From a virus (taxonomy: Duplodnaviria > Caudoviricetes), in IMG/VR virus record IMGVR_UViG_3300048858_000036, positions 1 through 47,832 of that record: a stretch of DNA of 47,832 nt; one strand, written 5' to 3'. Below are positions 36,557 to 46,000 of the stretch, piece after piece. The translations under genes and the position numbers were made by a program. The notes beneath the pieces are model-generated. The model was not told where the DNA came from. It was given only the letters and a program-made list of their open reading frames with translations, and made no database searches. The first letter of the stretch is position 1, and the number at the start of each line of letters is the position of its first letter.

Positions 36557-37285
36557 ATGAAAAAAAGATCTCTCAACCCAGAGCAGGCCGCGGAATGCGA
36601 GGCTTTGAAGAATATTTTCAAAGCGCGCGCCAAGAGCGCGGGCGTTACTCAACTCGATATCGCTGATGCGCTGAATGTCACCCAAGCGGCGATTTCACAT
36701 TACTTAAACGGCGTGAACCCACTCAACGCCCGCGTTGCAGCAGTCTTTGCGAAGTACCTTGGCGTTCCTGTTAGGTCCTTCAGCCACCGGCTTGCCGATG
36801 AGATCGAAGCGACGACCGAAGCTGCCAGGCTCGGGCTTCGAGGGCTGAACGATGGGGAGAACTTCAGACTGGTCGAGCTCCCGGGGATGGTGTACCGGTA
36901 TCCCGTTATAAGCTGGGTTTCGGCGGGCAATTGGGCCGAGGCTGTGCAGCCTTACCCAGACGGTCACTCTGACCGGTACGAAATCTCCGACTACAACTCA
37001 AAAGGACCGGCGTTCTGGCTCGAGGTGAAGGGAGATTCGATGACTGCCCCGTCAGGACCTTCCGTGCCCGAAGGCATGATGGTCCTAGTGGATACTGAAG
37101 CAGAAGTCACTCCGGGAAAGCTGGTGATCGCGAAGCTCGGCAGCGGAGAAGCAACGTTCAAAAAGCTCGTTGAAGATGGTGGAAACCGGTACCTCAAGCC
37201 ACTTAACCCGGCATACAAGATGATCGAGTGTAATGAGGACTGCCGCATCATCGGTGTAGCGGTCCGCATGGCGGCTAAGCTGTAG
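36557..37285 (+). CDS. cI: CI-like repressor (HTH + S24 autopeptidase)
   Basis: TQLDIADALNVTQAAISHYLNG HTH, VSAG cleavage site, GDSM Ser and TFKKL Lys. Confidence 0.95.
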   Translation: MKKRSLNPEQAAECEALKNIFKARAKSAGVTQLDIADALNVTQAAISHYLNGVNPLNARVAAVFAKYLGVPVRSFSHRLADEIEATTEAARLGLRGLNDGENFRLVELPGMVYRYPVISWVSAGNWAEAVQPYPDGHSDRYEISDYNSKGPAFWLEVKGDSMTAPSGPSVPEGMMVLVDTEAEVTPGKLVIAKLGSGEATFKKLVEDGGNRYLKPLNPAYKMIECNEDCRIIGVAVRMAAKL

Positions 37286-37316
37286 CTCCACTCCCCTACG
37301 CTCCCTCCAGCAGATA

Positions 37317-37341
37317 AGGCCCGCCGCACGCGGGCTTTTTT
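37317..37341 (+). terminator. Terminator after cI
   Basis: GCCCGC-CGCAC-GCGGGC followed by T6. Confidence 0.8.
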
Positions 37342-37359
37342 ATGGTCAAAGAAAAAATA

Positions 37360-37401
37360 TAACCAATAGTATTGACAGACTTTTATAACCGCTAGTATCT
37401 T
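37360..37401 (+). promoter_or_regulatory. OL/PL-like promoter with two operators
   Basis: TAACCAATAGTAT (37360) and TAACCGCTAGTAT (37386); TTGACA at 37372 and TATCTT at 37396. Confidence 0.82.
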
Positions 37402-37432
37402 TCCTCCATCGAAACCGGATTTGGAGAGCAAC

Positions 37433-37741
37433 ATGAGCATCGTCATCGGCAGCTGGCAAGGAACGCTGGGCGGAGTATTGGCGCCACGGGAGCTGGAGGG
37501 AGTACTGCACTGCGCCAATGACTCCACGGTGAAAGAGGCTTCAAAGGCAATGGGCATCAGTCCCGAAACCCTGAAGAAGAGGCTTGAGAGTGCCCGATTC
37601 AAGCTCAAAGTCTCGAGTATCAGAGCTTTGGTACTGGAAGCGTTTCGGCGCGGGCTGATTGCTACATCTTGCGCAGCGCCAGCGGACCCTGATCCACAAC
37701 ATAACCGCGAACGGGATCATCTAGGCGTTTTCATCGCATGA
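37433..37741 (+). CDS. LuxR-type HTH DNA-binding protein
   Basis: LAPRELE...TVKEASKAMGISPETLKKRL...KLKV...AFRRGLI pattern; GGAG RBS. Confidence 0.85.
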   Translation: MSIVIGSWQGTLGGVLAPRELEGVLHCANDSTVKEASKAMGISPETLKKRLESARFKLKVSSIRALVLEAFRRGLIATSCAAPADPDPQHNRERDHLGVFIA

Positions 37742-37875
37742 CCGCTTTCGCAGCGGCGTGCGCCTTCGTGGTAGAGGACGCAGTCCGGTGCTCAGGCTGA
37801 TCTGACCCGTTAACCACACTGAATTTCGCGAAAGCCAAAAACGCGGCGGGCTATCGGCTTGCCTGGAGAAAGCAT

Positions 37876-38574
37876 ATGTCGGCCACAAACCGAATCACCC
37901 TGGTGCTCCGCCCGAATGACGGCGCGACTCTGGAAGACCTGCAGCAATACGCCAAGCTCGGGATGCCTGTCGGAGTGGGTCGCGCGCTTGGTGTCATCAC
38001 CAGCGCAAGCGAAGGCGACGCCGTAGAGCGCGCCGAGCAGCTGGAAAATCAGGCGGTCCTCGCCGAGGCGGCAATGCGGCGCGGCGTCCTGCTGACGGAC
38101 AAGGATTGTCAGCCCGCGCTGAGACGGGTGATAGATCACGTGCCGGAGCTATATCGCGAGGTGGCTCACGCCATCATCGAGCGTCATCTGCTTGCTGGCG
38201 ACGACGAATCCACGGCAGAGGAAGCTGCTGACCAAGCCATTCGCGTTCTGGTGATGTTCAAGCAGCGCCTGGAAAAGCTGCTGGAGCCGGACCTGCTGAC
38301 GCCGCCGGGCCAAGCCATTTCAATTACGGAGAAAGACGTAATTGCCGAAACGCCTTACGCCCAGGTGCGCGTCACCGATATCGGCGAATGGATCAGGACA
38401 GTCACCAACGCCAAACGCTACGAGTGGTTGCGCGACAGTAATCGTGTTGAGGATGCTGATACCGATCTGCTGGCAGCGCGCGGTGATCAGCTTTTCTACG
38501 GCCCTGCGCTCGACCGGGAGGTGGACGAAGCAATGGGGCTGGACCTGGTGAAAAAGCAAGGTGAGCTCGTATGA
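37876..38574 (+). CDS. Hypothetical phage protein
   Basis: GGAG RBS; C-terminal NAKRYEWLR...LDREVD segment familiar from phage early proteins. Confidence 0.78.
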   Translation: MSATNRITLVLRPNDGATLEDLQQYAKLGMPVGVGRALGVITSASEGDAVERAEQLENQAVLAEAAMRRGVLLTDKDCQPALRRVIDHVPELYREVAHAIIERHLLAGDDESTAEEAADQAIRVLVMFKQRLEKLLEPDLLTPPGQAISITEKDVIAETPYAQVRVTDIGEWIRTVTNAKRYEWLRDSNRVEDADTDLLAARGDQLFYGPALDREVDEAMGLDLVKKQGELV

Positions 38575-38774
38575 CGACAATCCACCCTTCTGGCTCACAG
38601 TTCCACATCCGCACCGAGTTTCAAAGCCTCGGCGAGCGCCTGATTCGCTTCGGGCAGGCTTTGCAGAACCCGGAAACCACCGTGGGTCAACTGACCCAGC
38701 TTGCCAACTCCTGCGGCATCGCCTTGAAGCTGCGCGCGATAGCGGACTCGGGCGACAGCAATCCTCAGCAATGA
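38571..38774 (+). CDS. Small hypothetical protein
   Basis: ATGA overlap with the upstream gene. Confidence 0.7.
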   Translation: MTTIHPSGSQFHIRTEFQSLGERLIRFGQALQNPETTVGQLTQLANSCGIALKLRAIADSGDSNPQQ

Positions 38775-38825
38775 CGCGTCAGTCTCACCAACAACAAAGA
38801 ACCTGACGAGTCAGGAGTAAACCCA

Positions 38826-39101
38826 ATGCGCTACATGACCATCAGGAAGTTCGCCAGCGAGTCTGGCTACAGCGAGGACGCTATCCGCTCGAAGATCCGC
38901 GATGGCATCTGGCGGCTTGGCGAGATTTGGTACAAGGCTCCGGACGGCCGGACGCTGATCGATACAGAGGGATATGAGTCATGGGTAGAGATGGGCGGGG
39001 AGTTCGGGCGATCTCCGATTCGAGTATCGAAATCACGTTCATGTATCGGGGCGTCCGGTGCCGCGAGCGCATCACGCTCAAGCCCACCGCCACTAATCTG
39101 A
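38826..39101 (+). CDS. xis: Excisionase
   Basis: YMTIRKFASESGYSEDAIRSKIRDGIW winged-helix pattern, AGGAG RBS, overlaps int. Confidence 0.85.
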   Translation: MRYMTIRKFASESGYSEDAIRSKIRDGIWRLGEIWYKAPDGRTLIDTEGYESWVEMGGEFGRSPIRVSKSRSCIGASGAASASRSSPPPLI

Positions 39102-40189
39102 AGAAAGCCGAGCAGCACAAGGCCGCGATCGAACATGCAATATCAATTGGCACGTTCGATTATGCGGTCACCTTCCCCAACTCGGCCAGGGCAGCGAAAT
39201 TCGCGCCGGAGGCCTCACATGAAAAAGTTGCCGGCTTCCTCACTCGGTGGCTTGCGGCGAAGAAAAAACACTTGTCCAGCAGTACATTCGACGGCTATCG
39301 CAAGCTCGTCGAGCACCGCTTGGTGCCCGCCCTGGGCGCGCACATGGTTGTGGATTTGAAACGCAAGATGATCAAAGACTGGCTCGACACCTTGGAAACC
39401 AGCAACAAGACGCTGAGCAATATCCAAAGCTGTCTGCGGTCGGCACTCACCGAAGCAGTCGACGAGGAGTTAATCGAGAACAATCCGATGGCGGGGTGGA
39501 CGTACAAGCGCAAGTCCGCTCCCAGGGAGGAGGACGATGTAGATCCATTCAGCCAAGACGAACAAGCGGCTATCATTGGCGCCCTTACCGGCCAATCTGC
39601 GAACCTTGTCCAATTCGCGATGTGGACCGGCCTCCGGACGAGCGAGCTTGTGGCTTTGGACTGGAGTGACGTTGACTGGATCCGCGGCGAGGCGGTCATC
39701 ACTCGGGCGATGACCCAAGCTTCAAAGGGCATCGCAGAGATTCCAAAAACAGCTTCAGGTCGGCGGACTGTGAAGCTGCTCGGTCCGGCGATGGCTGCGT
39801 TGAAAGCCCAAAAGACGCATACGTATCTAGCAGGAAAGGAAGTGTTCCAGAATCCGCGCACTCTTCAACGTTGGGCCGGGGACGGTCCGATCCGCAAGAC
39901 CATGTGGGCCCATGCAGTGAAGAAGGCCGGGGTCAGGTATCGTCGGCCGTATCAGACCAGACACACCTATGCGTCGATGATGCTTTCAGCAGGAGAGCAC
40001 CCGATGTGGGTTTCAAAGCAGATGGGCCATACCGATTGGAGCATGATCGCGCGAGTGTATGGGCGATGGATGGAGGGATCCCATTCCAATGAGGGACGCA
40101 AGGCGGAGATAGCGTTTTCGAGCTATAAGACCGATGCCACTGTGCCGGAACAATCCGATGGACATGGGCATGAAGGAAAGGCAATCTGA
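38981..40189 (+). CDS. int: Prophage integrase (tyrosine recombinase with arm-binding domain)
   Basis: TGLRTSE, PKT, YQTRHT, QMGH and RVY catalytic motifs; N-terminal ITFMYRGVRCRE. Confidence 0.95.
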   Translation: MGRDGRGVRAISDSSIEITFMYRGVRCRERITLKPTATNLKKAEQHKAAIEHAISIGTFDYAVTFPNSARAAKFAPEASHEKVAGFLTRWLAAKKKHLSSSTFDGYRKLVEHRLVPALGAHMVVDLKRKMIKDWLDTLETSNKTLSNIQSCLRSALTEAVDEELIENNPMAGWTYKRKSAPREEDDVDPFSQDEQAAIIGALTGQSANLVQFAMWTGLRTSELVALDWSDVDWIRGEAVITRAMTQASKGIAEIPKTASGRRTVKLLGPAMAALKAQKTHTYLAGKEVFQNPRTLQRWAGDGPIRKTMWAHAVKKAGVRYRRPYQTRHTYASMMLSAGEHPMWVSKQMGHTDWSMIARVYGRWMEGSHSNEGRKAEIAFSSYKTDATVPEQSDGHGHEGKAI

Positions 40190-40283
40190 TGTCTACCGCG
40201 GACCCGAGCCAAAGCGCTTCGCTGGGGAGCAACTGCATCGCCCAAAGGAACTGGCATGCTAGATTTTATAAGGCACTTTAGAA

Positions 40284-41345
40284 ATGGAAGATAGGGGTTT
40301 CTGGCGACACGAAAGAATCGCTTTCCTTGCGCTCGCCACTCTTAAAGGTGTGGGCTTCAAAACACTGTACAAGATCGCTCAATCCGGCATCAGTTTCACT
40401 TCAGCACTTCGCAACCCCGCTGAAGCTGGGTTGGCTAAATTCGTGGCTGACTCGTCCTTCGGCTTTGAAAGCCAGAAGGGTCTATGGGAAGCAGGCCTAC
40501 AAGAAGCAAAGAAGCTAGCCGCTTTAAATGTCTCGCTGCTTTTTAAAGGCGAAAACCGATTTCCAGAGAAGTTGGCCCAAATTCCGGACCCGCCTCTGTG
40601 GCTGTTCGTGCAAGGCTCAATCGAAAACTTGTACATGCCAGCAATGTCGATTGTAGGCACTCGGAAGCCTTCGGAAGACGGCGTGATGATTACCAGGTTG
40701 CTAGTTACCGCATTAGCTGGCGTGAACTGCGTTACAGTCAGCGGCTTAGCGCTAGGCATCGATCAAACTGCGCACGTGGAATCCATGAGGTATGGAATCC
40801 CCACGGTGGCAGTCCTTGGCACCGGGATATCGGAAGACTACCCGAGAGGGTCAGAAATATTGCGCGCCGAAATCATCGCGAAGGGCGGCACTGTAGTGAG
40901 CGAATACCTGCCAAATCAGTCCTACAGCGCTGAAAATTTTGTTCGACGAAATAGACTGCAAGCGGCACTCGGTGACATCCTTTTTCCGACCGAATGGAAA
41001 ATCAAAAGTGGAACGGCTCACACGGTAAACTTTGCTCACAAATACGGTAAAAAGATCATCAATCTTCATTTACCTATGAGCAAAGAAATGAAGCCCGAAC
41101 TAGCCTTTTCAGCCAACGCTTACGGTGCGATATCTCTCGAGATTCCAAAAGATTTCTCCTTGTTAACAGGACTGATCTCGGTGTCGACAGAGCCGGGACA
41201 GGCACCGCTTAGCGAACCCCCAGAATACGTAATGCCGGACACGGCAGATCCTTCGACAGGTTCTGAGCTTAGATCCGATGATGCGGTAGGCCTTGATGTT
41301 GAAGTTGCCGAAAATGGCAGTGACCCCCAATTACAGCTGTTATAG
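40284..41345 (+). CDS. shosA: DprA/Smf-like protein, ShosA-like antitoxin
   Basis: IVGTRKPS, VSGLALGID, AVLGTG, SEY, FVRRNRL and SGTAHT motifs; paired with a PRTase gene. Confidence 0.8.
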   Translation: MEDRGFWRHERIAFLALATLKGVGFKTLYKIAQSGISFTSALRNPAEAGLAKFVADSSFGFESQKGLWEAGLQEAKKLAALNVSLLFKGENRFPEKLAQIPDPPLWLFVQGSIENLYMPAMSIVGTRKPSEDGVMITRLLVTALAGVNCVTVSGLALGIDQTAHVESMRYGIPTVAVLGTGISEDYPRGSEILRAEIIAKGGTVVSEYLPNQSYSAENFVRRNRLQAALGDILFPTEWKIKSGTAHTVNFAHKYGKKIINLHLPMSKEMKPELAFSANAYGAISLEIPKDFSLLTGLISVSTEPGQAPLSEPPEYVMPDTADPSTGSELRSDDAVGLDVEVAENGSDPQLQLL

Positions 41346-41364
41346 ACGGATATCAGGAGTAAGG

Positions 41365-42504
41365 ATGCTAGCTCTAATTACATCACCTGCGGCTTTAGTA
41401 GTAAACGGCAGCCCATCCAAGGAGCTAATCGGCGCCTTAATTAAGATTCGGGCCGCCGGCAATGCGGTAGGTGTTACTTCCAACCATGCAAAACCAGCCT
41501 GGTTCGACGACGCCTTCCGTGGCACAGACATAATCTTCATCGCTACCGACGCCCGGCAGACCGGAGAAGTTATCCGCAACGCAGCTCGAGCATTGAAAGT
41601 CGAGACCTACGACATCATGGTCTTGGCGGTTAAGGCTGAAGACATGCAGATGGCGAAAAATGGCCGTGCCATGTTAATCGCTGCAGGGTGGACCAAGGAT
41701 AGAGCGATCGCAGGCTTGGGCATCAAGGTGAACAGCGCAGCCGAGTTAGAAAACCTCGTAAATCTGACTGAAGGCTGGACAGGCCACTGGTGGTTTGAAG
41801 GCAATGCTGAAAAATACAATGCCCGCGCCCTGGCCGATCTTTCAGGATACGGGAATAGCATCACTGCGACTCAGAAGAGCTTCGCCAGCAAACTTACGGT
41901 CACGGTCAAAAGTGGCGGAACGCAGCTCACCGCATTGTCACTGCTCACCGCCCGATCGCTGCTTATCGACGGTATCTATGAGACAGAACAACTGCTGTGG
42001 GGGGTCTATCCTTCGTCTCAAGTGACCGGGGGGGATACGGAAGTGCTCAGTGACTTTACTCATAGCCTCCGAACGACCGTTTCACTTGCGCGGTTCGCCA
42101 AACGCGACGAGCCGCTATTCGTGAGGCATACCGCCTCAATCAAACGCTCTCAGGACCGGAGTTCGGACAGAACTGATCCTAGTGACCAAATTGCAACATT
42201 GCACCTCAATCCCTTCTACAAAACACGCTTGAGAAACCGCAACGTGGTCATCATCGATGACTGCACCACCTATGGTTTATCGTTCGGAGTTGCTGCCGCG
42301 TTTCTGAGAGCCGCCGGCGCAGCAAGTATCACTGGCGTGGCGCTTGGAAAATTTGGTGGAACGATGAAGTACTACGACATCACCATCACGTCGGACCCAT
42401 ACGCGCCTATTCCGCCGGACGGATATAAGTCAAAACCCAGCGTGGCTTTTGCGGGCAATACCGACCCCCGAGCACAGCAGAGCTTGATTAAACTCATTCC
42501 ATAG
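41365..42504 (+). CDS. shosT: Phosphoribosyltransferase with N-terminal HAD-like region, ShosT-like toxin
   Basis: PRPP-binding loop VVIIDDCTTYGLSF, LRAAGA and PSS; AGGAG RBS before ATG 41365. Confidence 0.78.
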   Translation: MLALITSPAALVVNGSPSKELIGALIKIRAAGNAVGVTSNHAKPAWFDDAFRGTDIIFIATDARQTGEVIRNAARALKVETYDIMVLAVKAEDMQMAKNGRAMLIAAGWTKDRAIAGLGIKVNSAAELENLVNLTEGWTGHWWFEGNAEKYNARALADLSGYGNSITATQKSFASKLTVTVKSGGTQLTALSLLTARSLLIDGIYETEQLLWGVYPSSQVTGGDTEVLSDFTHSLRTTVSLARFAKRDEPLFVRHTASIKRSQDRSSDRTDPSDQIATLHLNPFYKTRLRNRNVVIIDDCTTYGLSFGVAAAFLRAAGAASITGVALGKFGGTMKYYDITITSDPYAPIPPDGYKSKPSVAFAGNTDPRAQQSLIKLIP

Positions 42505-42514
42505 CGGACTAAAG

Positions 42515-42536
42515 CAATGGCAGCTTTATGACAGCA
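42515..42536 (+). repeat. Candidate integrase arm-type sites, right arm
   Basis: CAATGGCAGCT / TTATGACAGCA, 11-bp period, same motif as 187-208. Confidence 0.6.
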
Positions 42537-42573
42537 TTTGAGCCGAAAGCCTTATAGAATGGGGGTTGGCTGC

Positions 42574-42599
42574 GGGTTCAAATCCCCCCGGCTCCACCA
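42574..42599 (+). repeat. att core, right copy (displaced ssrA 3' fragment)
   Basis: Exact 26-bp match to 84-109. Confidence 0.95.
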
Positions 42600-42609
42600 T
42601 ATCCTTACA

Positions 42610-42633
42610 CAGCGCCCCGTTTTCGGGGCGTTG
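42610..42633 (+). terminator. Hairpin after the ssrA 3' fragment
   Basis: CAGCGCCCCG-TTTT-CGGGGCGTTG; weak U tract. Confidence 0.55.
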
Positions 42634-42661
42634 TGCTGTCTGGAACTAGCGTTTTCGGCTA

Positions 42662-42697
42662 GTGCGCCACTGAGGTGTGACATTCAGGTGAGGCATT
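42662..42697 (+). repeat. Three 10-bp repeats at 13-bp period, candidate arm sites for the island integrase
   Basis: GTGCGCCACT, GTGTGACATT and GTGAGGCATT at 42662, 42675 and 42688. Confidence 0.55.
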
Positions 42698-42710
42698 TCC
42701 GGCGCCTACC

Positions 42711-44537
42711 ATGCAGCGTAACCCTTCTTATCTGACCCTCAACCGCCACGGAACCTTTTACTTCCGTATCGTTATCCCTCAACACCTGCGCTCTCTCATG
42801 AGCGAACGGCGTGAAATCAGACGAACCCTCAAAACAGACAGCCTAGCGTTGGCCCGCCGACGTGCGCGGCAGTATGCTGCTCGCTATCAGGCAGCCTTTG
42901 ACAGAGTGACGATAGTGATCGAACAGGACGAGTTGGGCCTTTCAGAGGATGACTACGCCGAGCTGCGGGATTTACTTCCGGACTTCTCCAGCCCGAAAAG
43001 CTCAGACAGTTCCCATGGCCCTGTCCTTTCGAACGCCGAAATCGAGATTCGGCAACGTCGCCGTGAGGTCGAACGCCTGCTAACTGGCGCATACGGCCGA
43101 TCAATCCCTCTTGAGCAAGAATCGCTAGCTAAGCAGCTGCTCGAACTTACCCGAATGTACATGCCCACCGAACTGAGAGCCGTTCTGCCGAAGATCCGAG
43201 ACGAGGTGGCACTACGGAACATAAAACCTACGAAAAGTGTTGAGAGAGCGGCTGAAGAGCCCCAACCGTCCTTAAAATACGACTCAGCCATGGTGGACTG
43301 GACTCTGTATGAAGTCTGGCAGCACCAGCTACAGCGCGACAAGGCAGACAAGTCATCTAAAGGTGGCCAAGCCAATCACGGTGGCACTCAAGAAGAGCGA
43401 GAACGCCGCGCCCGAGTCATGACTGTCCTGACGGAACACAAGCCTGTAGTCCAGCTGAGCAAACGCGATTGGCAAGCGGCCTACGATGCTGCTCGAAAGA
43501 TGCGAAGCGGTGCTGATGCCTCCATAGCGCCTTCCCCAACTCCACTGGCTCAGTTCCTAACAGACGACCCTGGGCAAATGACAGGGCATGAGCGAGTAAG
43601 CGCCCTACTCGCATCAATGAAGCAAATTCAGAATCATGCAAGGCACCTAGATTTAACCTCAACCAGGGTAGACGAACTGATCATTAAGCCTGTACAGAAG
43701 AGGCAAAATGATCGAAATCGTGATGGCGTGCCATTTTCCTCGGATGATGTTGACGCCATCTTTTCAGGGTTCATCTACCAAGGGCCAGTGCCATCAGATC
43801 GTACGAAGGCGTACCCGTTCTGGTTCTGGATGCCGCTTGTAGGCTACTTCACGGGGGCACGCACCAACGAAATAGCGCAGCTTGATACCGCCGACATCAG
43901 GCTCATCGGAGGCTACTCATGCTTCGACTTTTGTGCTGACGATCCGAAAGCACCGGAAGCAAAACGCATCAAGACAGGCGAGGCCAGACAGGTCCCAATC
44001 CACCCACGATTGATTGAGCTTGGTTTTCTAGAGTACGTCGACAGTCAGCGCCGTGAAGGCCAGAAGAAACTTTTCGGAGATGGACTTACCTACCTCCCGT
44101 CACGGGACGATGGCACGGATCACAACAAGGAAGGTTGGGCCAAGGCTGCGGGCAAGTTCTTCAATGAGAAACCGAAAGGTTATCTAGTCTCTATCGGCGT
44201 TCACGAGCCTCACGATGGTAAGAGCCTTTACTCATTCAGGCACACGCTTGAAACAAACCTAGGCAATAGCAAGCGCGATGGGCATATTCACGAAGACACC
44301 ATCGACGCAATTACCGGCCATGCACCACAGACAATATCTGGAAAACACTACGATGCTGGCGCTACTCTGGAACAGAAGCTTCACGCACTCGGATATCTGC
44401 CCACATCTCCAGCAATCGAAAGGTTGATCAGCTACCAGTCCAATTTCGTGGATCGATTTCGCGAGATTCTTTACAAAAGCGTGGCTGCTCACCGAAAGAA
44501 ATATCCCCGGCTCATCGGCGATGAGCTTAAGGCTTAA
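42711..44537 (+). CDS. Large tyrosine recombinase/integrase (DUF6538-like N-terminus)
   Basis: FYFRIVIP...EIRRTLKT N-terminus; TGARTNEIAQL, IKT, VPIHP, YSFRHT, ITGH and KHY. Confidence 0.9.
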   Translation: MQRNPSYLTLNRHGTFYFRIVIPQHLRSLMSERREIRRTLKTDSLALARRRARQYAARYQAAFDRVTIVIEQDELGLSEDDYAELRDLLPDFSSPKSSDSSHGPVLSNAEIEIRQRRREVERLLTGAYGRSIPLEQESLAKQLLELTRMYMPTELRAVLPKIRDEVALRNIKPTKSVERAAEEPQPSLKYDSAMVDWTLYEVWQHQLQRDKADKSSKGGQANHGGTQEERERRARVMTVLTEHKPVVQLSKRDWQAAYDAARKMRSGADASIAPSPTPLAQFLTDDPGQMTGHERVSALLASMKQIQNHARHLDLTSTRVDELIIKPVQKRQNDRNRDGVPFSSDDVDAIFSGFIYQGPVPSDRTKAYPFWFWMPLVGYFTGARTNEIAQLDTADIRLIGGYSCFDFCADDPKAPEAKRIKTGEARQVPIHPRLIELGFLEYVDSQRREGQKKLFGDGLTYLPSRDDGTDHNKEGWAKAAGKFFNEKPKGYLVSIGVHEPHDGKSLYSFRHTLETNLGNSKRDGHIHEDTIDAITGHAPQTISGKHYDAGATLEQKLHALGYLPTSPAIERLISYQSNFVDRFREILYKSVAAHRKKYPRLIGDELKA

Positions 44538-44902
44538 ACAGCGGCGCCCGATTCAGCCTCTGCTCAGCTGGCGGCAGAACTCCAGAGAGCAGGGCCAGAT
44601 CCATGCGCAGGTCGAACCAACGAGCTAGGCAACGCACGATCAAAAGCCCGCAGCCCGCCCCCCATACTGCAGAGACTAGTTTAGCGACTGCTCCCAAACG
44701 GTAGTCGCGTGCAAACAAGGCTCTTCGAGGCTCAACAGGGATGCTTTCGAGCAAACCCTACCAACGCCTTTGACACCAATCCACCGGCCCTTCAAGTCGA
44801 AAACAAGCCGATCCATAGACCTACTACAGATAATCTGTACTATGGCAGGAGTGCACAGGTTTCGAAGCGCTCAAGGCTACTCGCCACGCAAAGGAGTGAA
44901 CA

Positions 44903-46000
44903 GTGATAAGTGATTTTCAAATATCGAACTTCCGTCAATTTGACGAGTTAAAAATCGGCAAGCTCAACCGTATCAACCTGTTTGTCGGTAAAAATAGCGC
45001 TGGTAAGAGCGCGCTGCTCGAAGCGCTGTTGCTTTTCTTCTCGCAGATGTCCGACAGATACCTTCCAGCGATTCATATATCTCGACAGGAAACTTGGGAT
45101 CAGCGGGATAATGGTGAACAAAGTCCGCTACGGCACCTGTTCACCCATCACATGCTGCCTGACATTGGAGCACCCGGGTTCAGACTGAGTTCGTCGAATG
45201 ACCCTCGCTCATGTGAGGTCAGGACAGCTGCATATGTAAGAGAGCCCGAATCCATTGGCGCAGTGTATAAACTTGTTGAAGTTGCTGATATCGCACAAGT
45301 AGACCCCGACCTTTATGAGACATTCCTCGTTCTAACGAAAGGCGACCACAACAAAAGGCTTGCTCGAACCAACTCGTCCATGAGCGACCTGCGCAGAAGA
45401 GCCATCCATTCTCGCCGATTAGAAGGCGCTACTCGGGAAACCTGCTTTTACATTCCAACAAGCGGTCTTGGAGATTCGAGTACTGCCTACCTATGGGATA
45501 GCATAAGCCTTACCGATGGTGAAGACGAAGTAATAAGAGGACTTAAGCTTATAGAGGAGCGAGTTGAAGGTCTGGCCTTTGTAGCGTCAGAGGGATCGAG
45601 AGAAAGTCGCATCCCACTCGTCAAGCTGTCAGGGATATCTGAGCCGATCCCCCTAAAAAGCTTGGGAGATGGCATGAGCAGGATATTTCAAATCGTTCTA
45701 TCGCTAGTCAATGCAAAAGACAGCTTCTTGCTGATCGACGAGTTCGAAACAGGGCTTCACTGGGGAGTTCAACAGGATGCATGGGATCTAGTCTTCAAAC
45801 TTTCAGCTCGACTTAATGTTCAAGTCTTTGCAACTACACATAGTCGGGATTGCATCAAGGGTTTCGAAACTGCATGGACCAAAGACGCAGAAGCAGGAGC
45901 TTTTATTCGCATTAACAAAAGCGAAAACAAAGTCACACTAAAGGAATATGATCTTGAGCTCCTTCAAGATTCGTTAATGACGGACGTTGAGGTTCGGTAA
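44903..46000 (+). CDS. ABC-type (AAA_15/AAA_21-like) ATPase
   Basis: ISNFRQF, Walker A GKNSAGKS, signature LGDG, Walker B LLIDEFETGLH and TTHS switch; AGGAG RBS. Confidence 0.92.
   Translation: MISDFQISNFRQFDELKIGKLNRINLFVGKNSAGKSALLEALLLFFSQMSDRYLPAIHISRQETWDQRDNGEQSPLRHLFTHHMLPDIGAPGFRLSSSNDPRSCEVRTAAYVREPESIGAVYKLVEVADIAQVDPDLYETFLVLTKGDHNKRLARTNSSMSDLRRRAIHSRRLEGATRETCFYIPTSGLGDSSTAYLWDSISLTDGEDEVIRGLKLIEERVEGLAFVASEGSRESRIPLVKLSGISEPIPLKSLGDGMSRIFQIVLSLVNAKDSFLLIDEFETGLHWGVQQDAWDLVFKLSARLNVQVFATTHSRDCIKGFETAWTKDAEAGAFIRINKSENKVTLKEYDLELLQDSLMTDVEVR

Larger units (their letters stand above)
84..42599. mobile_element. Complete-looking temperate siphovirus prophage (HK97-type head, lambda-type tail) integrated in ssrA
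   Basis: Identical 26-bp direct repeats at both ends, with integrase/excisionase, immunity, replication, lysis, packaging, head and tail modules between them. No obvious disrupted core gene. Confidence 0.95.

Noticed and set aside
40284-42504. Reading dprA + ComF-like PRTase as host competence genes
   Set aside because: They lie inside the att repeats and the PRTase has an extra N-terminal domain and no ComF zinc finger; the ShosTA-like reading fits better.
42538-42735. 65-aa ORF spanning the right att site, and the possibility of a second tRNA/tmRNA gene here
   Set aside because: Only the last 26 nt of ssrA are present, with no 5' half. The ORF crosses att, a hairpin and repeats and has no protein-like features.
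44821-44850. Possible LexA box upstream of the ATPase gene
   Set aside because: CTG and CAG are separated by 8 nt rather than the 10 required for CTG-N10-CAG.
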